This document shows, one piece after another, positions 58,116 through 64,000 of a DNA stretch of 64,000 bases. Position numbers and translations under genes: made by a program. The stretch's first letter is position 1. Each line of letters opens with the position of its first letter. Source of the DNA: Dehalococcoidia bacterium (GTDB lineage Bacteria; Chloroflexota; Dehalococcoidia; Plut-88900); NCBI GenBank assembly GCA_965249275.1, contig CBDFLQ010000006.1, positions 672,001-736,000 of the forward strand, written 5' to 3'. The notes beneath the pieces were generated by a model. The model was not told the origin of the DNA, made no database searches, and saw nothing but the letters and a program-made list of their open reading frames with translations.

Positions 58116-58859
58116 ATGCGAGCCCTCGCCCTAGCCTCTATGCTTTTATTCATAACAATACTTTCAGCCTGCGATAATGACACTCCTATCGAATGGGGCT
58201 ACACCGGCCCCGGCGCCCCCGAGAACTGGGCCGCCCTATCCCCCGACTTCGCCGCCTGCGCAAGCGGCAAACAGCAGTCCCCCATCGACATCACAGACTA
58301 CCAAGTTGGCGGACCCGACCCGATCTCCTTCTCATACGCCACCGCCGAGACAACCCTCCGCAACGACGGCAGACAGGTCCACGCCGACTCCGCCCCCGGC
58401 AACACCGCCATGCTAGGAGGTCGGGAATTCACGCTGAAGTCGGCGCACTTTCACTCGCCCTCGGAGCACCTGGTGGACGGCAATAGCTTTGCCGCCGAGC
58501 TTCACATGGTCCACGCCGACTCAGACGGCCGTCTGGCAGTCGTCGGGCTCCTGTTCACCCTCGGTGAGCCCAGCCCCGTAGCACAGTCGATTCTCGACGC
58601 CTCCCCACCCCCCGACGGCACTGGCAACGCCCATATCCCTCTCGCCGGCTCCCTCCCCACCGAGCTCTCCTACTACCGCTACGACGGCTCGAAAACCACT
58701 CCCCCCTGCGATGAGCCCGTCGACTGGCACGTCCTACGACAGCCAATGACCATATCCCAGGAGCAGGTGGAAGGCTTGCTTTCGCTGAGCGGAGGCCCCA
58801 ATAACCGCGCCGTCCAGCCGACTGGCGACCGCGTCATTACAATCGGCGGCGCGCCTTAG
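58116..58859 (+). CDS. Alpha-carbonic anhydrase lipoprotein
   Basis: Lipobox LSAC; WGY.G, QSPIDI, HFHSPSEH, ELHMVH, GSKTTPPC motifs. Confidence 0.92.
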   Translation: MRALALASMLLFITILSACDNDTPIEWGYTGPGAPENWAALSPDFAACASGKQQSPIDITDYQVGGPDPISFSYATAETTLRNDGRQVHADSAPGNTAMLGGREFTLKSAHFHSPSEHLVDGNSFAAELHMVHADSDGRLAVVGLLFTLGEPSPVAQSILDASPPPDGTGNAHIPLAGSLPTELSYYRYDGSKTTPPCDEPVDWHVLRQPMTISQEQVEGLLSLSGGPNNRAVQPTGDRVITIGGAP

Positions 58860-58893
58860 TAAGGGGCTAAGAGAGTGGGGGTTGTACGGCCCC

Positions 58894-60063
58894 TTACGGA
58901 ATCACGCTGCCGGCGATCAGGGTGCTGGCTGCGGCAAACATGCCACCCGGCCCGTGAGCAATCCCGACCTTGGCATCCTTCACCTGCCGCTCTCCCGCCT
59001 CGCCTCGAAGCTGACGCGTCAACTCGATCAGCGTGAAGATGCCGTACATCCCCGAGTGGGTGTAGGAGAGGCCGCCGCCGTTGGTGTTCATCGGGAACTC
59101 GCCGCCCGGCGCAGTCCTCTGCCCCTCGACGAACGGCCCGCTCTCCCCAGGCCCAACGAACCCCAGGTCCTCCAGTGCCAGCATTGGCGTGAAGGAGAAC
59201 GCGTCGTACAGCTCCGCCACGTCAATGTCCGAGTGCTTGACCCCGGCCATATCGAATGCAGCCTTACCGGACTTCCGTGCGCAGTCGGAGGTTGTCATGT
59301 CCCTCATCATGCTCACTCGCTCGTGGGAGACCGCCTCCCCCGTCCCGAGAACGTATACCGGCTTGTGCTTCAGGTCCTTGGCCCGGTCCGCGGTGGTGAG
59401 CACTATCGCTCCTCCGGCGTCGGTAACCAGGCAGCACATAAGGAGGGTGAAGGGCCAGCAAATCATCCGGGCATCCATAACGTCTTGGATTGTGATGGGG
59501 TCTTTCATCCGGGCCATCGGGTGCATCATTGCCCACTTCCGCGTCGCCACCGACACCTCCGCCAGCTGCTCCCGAGTCGTGCCGTACTTGTGCATGTGCC
59601 GGGTGACGGGTATCGAGAAAGTAGTAGTCGGGCCGAACGTCCCGAACGGGTCTTCGAACTGGCCATTGTGGGTTGCGCTTTCATCTGCGAAACCGGGCAG
59701 GCCCATGCGTGAGCGGCCGCTTTCGCCGTGACTGATGACCGCCGTGTTGATCACGCCCGCGCTCAGTGCCAGCATCGCGTGCTCCACGTGCATGATGAAG
59801 GAGCACCCCCCGACAATCGTGCTGTCCGCGTACCGGGGCATGACGCCAAGGTACTCGCACAGGTCGTTCACCGTGGTCTCGGGGGACCCGCCTGCCATGA
59901 ACAGCCCGTCTACGTCTCCCAGGCCCAGGCCCGCATCATCGAGGGCGTTTCGTATCGACTCGGCGTGCAGCGTGAGCACCGACTTATCGGGCAGCTTGCC
60001 CATCTCGTCAGACTCAGACGCTCCGACTATGGCGACCTTACCGCGCAAATCTTTCGGGGCCAT
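58894..60063 (-). CDS. Thiolase-superfamily protein (SCP-x/Ltp2-like)
   Basis: CCLVTDAGGA, ELYDAFS, NTNGGGLSYTH, QLRGEAG.RQV motifs. Confidence 0.88.
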   Translation of the reverse strand: MAPKDLRGKVAIVGASESDEMGKLPDKSVLTLHAESIRNALDDAGLGLGDVDGLFMAGGSPETTVNDLCEYLGVMPRYADSTIVGGCSFIMHVEHAMLALSAGVINTAVISHGESGRSRMGLPGFADESATHNGQFEDPFGTFGPTTTFSIPVTRHMHKYGTTREQLAEVSVATRKWAMMHPMARMKDPITIQDVMDARMICWPFTLLMCCLVTDAGGAIVLTTADRAKDLKHKPVYVLGTGEAVSHERVSMMRDMTTSDCARKSGKAAFDMAGVKHSDIDVAELYDAFSFTPMLALEDLGFVGPGESGPFVEGQRTAPGGEFPMNTNGGGLSYTHSGMYGIFTLIELTRQLRGEAGERQVKDAKVGIAHGPGGMFAAASTLIAGSVIP

Positions 60064-60090
60064 GTCAGTCTCCTTATCACGTCAAAAGGC

Positions 60091-60498
60091 TCATGCGGGC
60101 CGGAACTGTGGCAGCGTCACTTCGTCGGTCACGTCAAGGTAGGCGATCTCGACGGCCATGTCGCAGTGGACCTTCTCCGGGTCGGGCTCGATGCCGATGA
60201 GGTTGCTCATCATCCGAGGCCCCTCTTCCAGCTCGACAACGGCGATGACGTATGGGTCAGACCCGAAGCCGGGGGCCGGCCTGTGGTTTATCACGAACGA
60301 GTACAGCGTCCCCTTCCCGCTGGCCTCGAACCACTCCACGTTTGACGAAAAGCAGTGGGGACAGAAGGGACGAGGATAGAAATACGCCTTACTGCAGTCC
60401 TTGCAGCGCTGTATGAGCAGCTTATGCTCCTTCAGCGCGTCCCAGTAGGGCCTGGTCTCGGGGGTTGGTGAGGGCAGGGGACGATTAGTATCCGCCAA
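60091..60498 (-). CDS. DUF35 Zn-ribbon/OB-fold protein
   Basis: QRCKDC..FCPHC; GTLYSF; VELEEGPRMMSN; GGAGG RBS before TTG at 60498. Confidence 0.9.
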   Translation of the reverse strand: MADTNRPLPSPTPETRPYWDALKEHKLLIQRCKDCSKAYFYPRPFCPHCFSSNVEWFEASGKGTLYSFVINHRPAPGFGSDPYVIAVVELEEGPRMMSNLIGIEPDPEKVHCDMAVEIAYLDVTDEVTLPQFRPA

Positions 60499-60670
60499 TG
60501 GGGCCACCTCCCTGGGCATCCGTTGGGAATTCCGACGCCGCCTATCCTATCGCCCACCCGTTCCCGGTGTCAATCTGATGTACTCGTCCGGTAGGTCAGT
60601 GACACACTGGCCTTTTATTCAGTCCTCCAGAGGCGGATCCGCCCAAGGCGGATGTTCCATCTTCGATTGT

Positions 60671-61295
60671 GGGGTTTCGGTTTGCGTTCTGTCTGTTGGG
60701 TTTTGGGGTGGCGATGAAAGACGCTTGCTGGATTCGGCTCCCTATCTTTAGATAATGCGGGCTAGGAGGCGTCCCGGGAACGTGGGGACGGGGCTCCGCC
60801 GCCGCCTAGACCTGGAAGTATGGTCGGACGTACGGGTCCGTCATCCGTCATAGGCTCCAATGAAGGTTGGCTGCGCTGTCCGCCGCAGGCGGGTGCAGGA
60901 AGGGGAAAGTCCAGGGTCAGTTCCCCTCGCAGGAGTACGGGGTATCCGGTTCGCCGCCTGTATCCAGGAGCCGGGAGTGGCGGACAGTCCAGTTTTATTT
61001 GAGGAAGCGGACGGAGAGCCGAGCGGTCCTCGGCTACGGGCTGCCCCGTTCCGCTCCATAGGACAAGGTTGCTCCGTGAGGAGACTTTTAAGTACGGTCC
61101 AGGGCGTCTTCCATCGCCTGATGGTCAGGGAAGGGATAGCCGGGGCCCTTGGTAGAGGAGATGGCGGCGTTCGCTTGTGCCGTGGGGCGGCATGTGGGCC
61201 GCCCTTTGGGATGGGCTTGGACGTTGAGTCCTCGGGGGCCGGGTGGGCTTCCCTAGTGTTTGGTTCCTCCTTAAGGTGGGTGTCGGGTCTAGACT
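60671..61295 (-). ncRNA. Candidate large structured ncRNA, copy 2 (unclassified)
   Basis: Scaffold 61273-61108 shared with copy 1; 15-bp long-range stem 61118-61104/60724-60710 with one G-U pair; 3' motif at 60685-60671. Confidence 0.6.
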
Positions 61296-61301
61296 GGTCC
61301 A

Positions 61302-61330
61302 ATAATAGAACACATGTCTTATGAAGTCAA
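61302..61330 (-). promoter_or_regulatory. sigma70 promoter with LexA-box-like operator (element 2)
   Basis: TTGACT-tcata-AGAC-atgt-GTTC-TATTAT (17-nt spacer). Confidence 0.65.
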
Positions 61331-61380
61331 GGGGTGGATGTCACACTTTTGGGGGGGCACCGCCCCGGCCCTTCCGGGGA

Positions 61381-61578
61381 ACCCTCACCCCCTTGGTCCC
61401 CCTCTCCCTTAGGGCCTTCAAGGGAGAGGGGGAAAGAAGAATAGAGGCCCGCATACGTGCTAGGCACGTATGCGGGCCTCTAATTCAGTACTGGGGGGAG
61501 GGGGAGGAAAAAACAGAGGCAGAGGCTGGCACTTCTGCGCCCACGTATGCCTCTAATTCAGTACTGAGGGGAGGGGGT
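61381..61578. repeat. REP cluster with perfect 19-bp inverted repeat and ~28-bp direct repeat
   Basis: CCCCCTCTCCCTT..AAGGGAGAGGGGG; TAGAGGCCCGCATACGTGC-TAG-GCACGTATGCGGGCCTCTA (61442-61482); GCCTCTAATTCAGTACTGrGGGGAGGGGG twice. Confidence 0.7.
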
Positions 61579-61661
61579 GATGTCACCCCTTTATGTGAAC
61601 GTGATCAGCTACTATCCTCACCATGACACCGTCATATGTGTCACCCATATTTGTGAATGAC

Positions 61662-61690
61662 TTGACAGATATGGACTAGTATTTTATTCT
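61662..61690 (+). promoter_or_regulatory. sigma70 promoter
   Basis: TTGACA-17 nt-TATTCT upstream of the surface protein gene. Confidence 0.65.
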
Positions 61691-61723
61691 ACGCCGCAGG
61701 ATTTTTTCTAACAAGGTTAGCAC

Positions 61724-64000
61724 ATGCCTCACGTCCTGCGAGTGTCCTACACGTTTGGAATCTTCGCCATCATCGGGATTGCCCTGTTCTTTGCAGTCGG
61801 AGTCTTTGCCGACGACCATAATTCCGTGGACCTATCCCCTTCCGTTTTATGGGAGGGAGAGGAGATCACTCAGCCGGTTGTCGGAGAGTTCCTAACCGCT
61901 GCCCTGGTTGCCGATGACCCGACCGGCATGTCCTGGCAGTGGGCCCGCTCCCAAGATGGAGAGAGCGGCTGGGAGGACATTGAGGCTGCAACCTCCACGA
62001 AGTACATCCCCACCGGGGATGACGTAGGGCGCTACCTCCGGGCAGCCGTCTCATATACCGATGGAGACGGCAACACGCAGAGTGCAGAGGCAATCACCAC
62101 CGATCAGGTGGAGCAAGAGAGGAGTGGTGTCCGCTGCCCATGGTGCGAACCTGGGCCGATATGGACGGCGACACCCGTGCCCACCAATACACCCGTGCCC
62201 ACCAATACACCCGTGCCCACCAATACACCCGTGCCCACCAATACACCCGTGCCCACCAATACACCCGTGCCCACCAATACACCTGTGCCCACCAATACAC
62301 CCGTGCCGACCAATACGCCCGTCCCGACCAATACACCCAGACCCGTCATCCCCACACCCACTCCCCTCAGCAAACCCCCACCCCCAACAGGGGTTCACGC
62401 AGAGGCACAGAGCTATACGTCAATTCTCATCTCTTGGAACAGGGACAGCAGGGGCGGAGTACAGAGTTATGACGTAGACTATGATGACTCCAGCGAGCCC
62501 CGGGACCACCACGGTGGTGGCCCCAACACCTTCAACCTGGTCTCCGGCCTCCGGATTTGCACTCTGTACACATTCACCGTTCAGGCCTTTGGTGACGGGA
62601 CTACCTACGCCGCTCGATGGAGCGACCCGTCCCACCCAGTAGAAGAGTGGACTCTCTGTCCTACCCCCACTCCGACCTCTACCCCTACCCCTACCCCCAC
62701 TCCGACCCCTACCCCTACCCCTACCCCTACCCCTACTCCCACCCCTACCCCTACTCCCACCCCTACCCCTACCCCTACTCCTACGGCCAGGCCTTGTCTG
62801 GTGGACTGCGAGCCACTACATATATGCAATACGAAGGCCGTTATCCCTGGATTTTCCAACAAACCTCACCTTGTGGCAGACTGTGTTGTCCTAAAAAGCA
62901 TCATAGACACCCTGAGGGGTGATGCGGGCGATGCATTGAATTGGAATGGCGAAACACTGTTGCGTGAATGGGAAGGACTCGGCTTTAGCCCCAAAACTGA
63001 CGAGCAGACCAACACGACCTATGATCGTGTTACAGCGTTGTACTTGAACGATAAGAACTTTAGCGGGACAATCCCTGCAAGGCTCGGCTATTTGTCTGCA
63101 CTCAATATCCTGTTTCTAAATGACAATGCTTTAACAGGATTTCTCACAGAATTAATAGTCGGAGATGAAATAGTGACCATTAACCTTGCTAACAATTCGT
63201 TGGAAGGACAAATCCCATCCGAATGGGGATATCGGGACAAACTCCAATCTCTTATCCTCAATGACAATATATTGGATGGAGGAATTCCGAGTTCACTGGC
63301 TAACCTCGAAAATCTTGATTTCCTATATCTCCAAAACAATGAATTAGAAGGTCCAATACCAAGTGCAATAGGAGACATGCCTTCTCTTAGCAGATGGTAT
63401 CTTGCGGGCAATAACCTCAGTCCTTGCTTACCTACATCACTGCTCAACATCGAAGAGAATGACTTTACTTTTCTTGGGCTCATTATCTGCCTTCCGACTC
63501 CTAAGAGAGAAGTACTTTGTCCATTAGCTGGAAGGATTGATCCTTCTGATTATGATGACAACAGCACTATTGTTAATATCGGGCCTGGCTCGTATCAAGT
63601 GCATAGATCGTCCACGTATATGTTCTTTCCTTTACCTGACCTCGGAGGTTCAGAACTTGGCCTGTCTGGGCTAGCTGCTTGTGGTAATAGCGCCGTTGCC
63701 ACTGCATCGGTCACGACTGTCAACACTAGTTTGTATGGCGCTGTTTACCATGGATACAATTCCGGTAGAACTGGATCTTTAGGACACTCCACACCGATTT
63801 TGGGACAAATGTGTACGAATAGTCGGACCTGTCTGTGGCAAAGTGGGTTTCTATTCGCAGGACAGGGTTGGGGTAACCAATTTCAAGTGTACGGTACGCA
63901 CCGTATATCTAGCAGCGGTGGGACTATAAACACATACCGGACAACTGGAGGATATAGTGTCGACGACGTAAGATTTGCTCAACCACCTCCCCATCCTCCG
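61724..64000 (+). CDS. Large secreted/surface protein: signal peptide, Ig-like domain, (TPVPTN)9, FN3, (PT)n, plant-type LRRs (partial, at least 759 aa; not in ORF track)
   Basis: Open from ATG 61724 to the window end: MPHVLRVSYTFGIFAIIG.., SWQWARS..YLRAAVSYTDG, SILISW..VSGLRICTLYTFTVQA..WSDPS, LYLNDKNFSGTIPARLGYLSAL..LYLQNNELEGPIPSAIGDM. Confidence 0.88.
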   Translation, partial: MPHVLRVSYTFGIFAIIGIALFFAVGVFADDHNSVDLSPSVLWEGEEITQPVVGEFLTAALVADDPTGMSWQWARSQDGESGWEDIEAATSTKYIPTGDDVGRYLRAAVSYTDGDGNTQSAEAITTDQVEQERSGVRCPWCEPGPIWTATPVPTNTPVPTNTPVPTNTPVPTNTPVPTNTPVPTNTPVPTNTPVPTNTPVPTNTPRPVIPTPTPLSKPPPPTGVHAEAQSYTSILISWNRDSRGGVQSYDVDYDDSSEPRDHHGGGPNTFNLVSGLRICTLYTFTVQAFGDGTTYAARWSDPSHPVEEWTLCPTPTPTSTPTPTPTPTPTPTPTPTPTPTPTPTPTPTPTPTPTARPCLVDCEPLHICNTKAVIPGFSNKPHLVADCVVLKSIIDTLRGDAGDALNWNGETLLREWEGLGFSPKTDEQTNTTYDRVTALYLNDKNFSGTIPARLGYLSALNILFLNDNALTGFLTELIVGDEIVTINLANNSLEGQIPSEWGYRDKLQSLILNDNILDGGIPSSLANLENLDFLYLQNNELEGPIPSAIGDMPSLSRWYLAGNNLSPCLPTSLLNIEENDFTFLGLIICLPTPKREVLCPLAGRIDPSDYDDNSTIVNIGPGSYQVHRSSTYMFFPLPDLGGSELGLSGLAACGNSAVATASVTTVNTSLYGAVYHGYNSGRTGSLGHSTPILGQMCTNSRTCLWQSGFLFAGQGWGNQFQVYGTHRISSSGGTINTYRTTGGYSVDDVRFAQPPPHPP
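62171..62332 (+). repeat. 18-bp coding tandem repeat x9 (TPVPTN)
   Basis: ACACCCGTGCCCACCAAT units. Confidence 0.95.
62660..62782 (+). repeat. 6-bp coding tandem repeat (Pro-Thr)n
   Basis: CCTACC/CCCACT units. Confidence 0.9.

Noticed and set aside
60860-61080. RNase P RNA on the + strand (GGGGAAAGTCC and GCTCCATAGG resemble its conserved regions)
   Set aside because: Spacing is wrong and the other universal motifs (CAGA.A, GGTAAAC, ACA.AA..CGGCTTA) are absent; G-U pairs favour the opposite strand
55450-61275. Composite transposon or invertible segment bounded by the two inverted scaffolds
   Set aside because: No transposase or recombinase and no TSD; each copy has its own promoter and internal architecture, so separate elements are more parsimonious (not fully excluded)
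61476-61578. Mini-CRISPR (two ~28-bp direct repeats)
   Set aside because: Only two units, embedded in REP-like sequence, with no cas genes
62171-62332. CRISPR array
   Set aside because: Contiguous 18-bp in-frame repeats with no spacers; they encode a TPVPTN linker

Overview
GC-rich chromosomal segment, most likely from a SAR202-like Chloroflexota (Dehalococcoidia). This is an inference from gene content: five LLM-class monooxygenases, many SDR, amidohydrolase and CoA enzymes, and the rplU-rpmA-rpmE-DUF1385 cluster. An FN3/plant-type LRR surface protein and abundant REP/MITE elements suggest a sponge symbiont. Most of the window encodes catabolic enzymes, often as paralog pairs. The strongest novelty candidate is a pair of related non-coding elements of about 620 nt (55.4-56.0 kb on +, 60.7-61.3 kb on -). 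Each has a sigma70 promoter with a LexA-box-like operator, a conserved and covarying 5' scaffold of about 170 nt, a long-range stem enclosing an unrelated but equally long (~380 nt) hairpin-rich domain, and a conserved 3' motif. The window also carries an atypical selenoprotein glycine/betaine-reductase system missed by the ORF track. GrdB and GrdA read through UGA with SECIS-like hairpins, GrdB has lost its UxxCxxC cysteines, two GrdE-like paralogs carry Ala or Ser at the pyruvoyl-forming Cys position, and no grdD is present in the window. Also seen: a decayed selenoprotein peroxiredoxin, a DMSP-lyase-like cupin, nested REP>MITE>REP insertions, and two AT-richer PD-(D/E)XK nuclease genes. No rRNA, tRNA or CRISPR array was found. 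All calls are by eye; no database searches were run.
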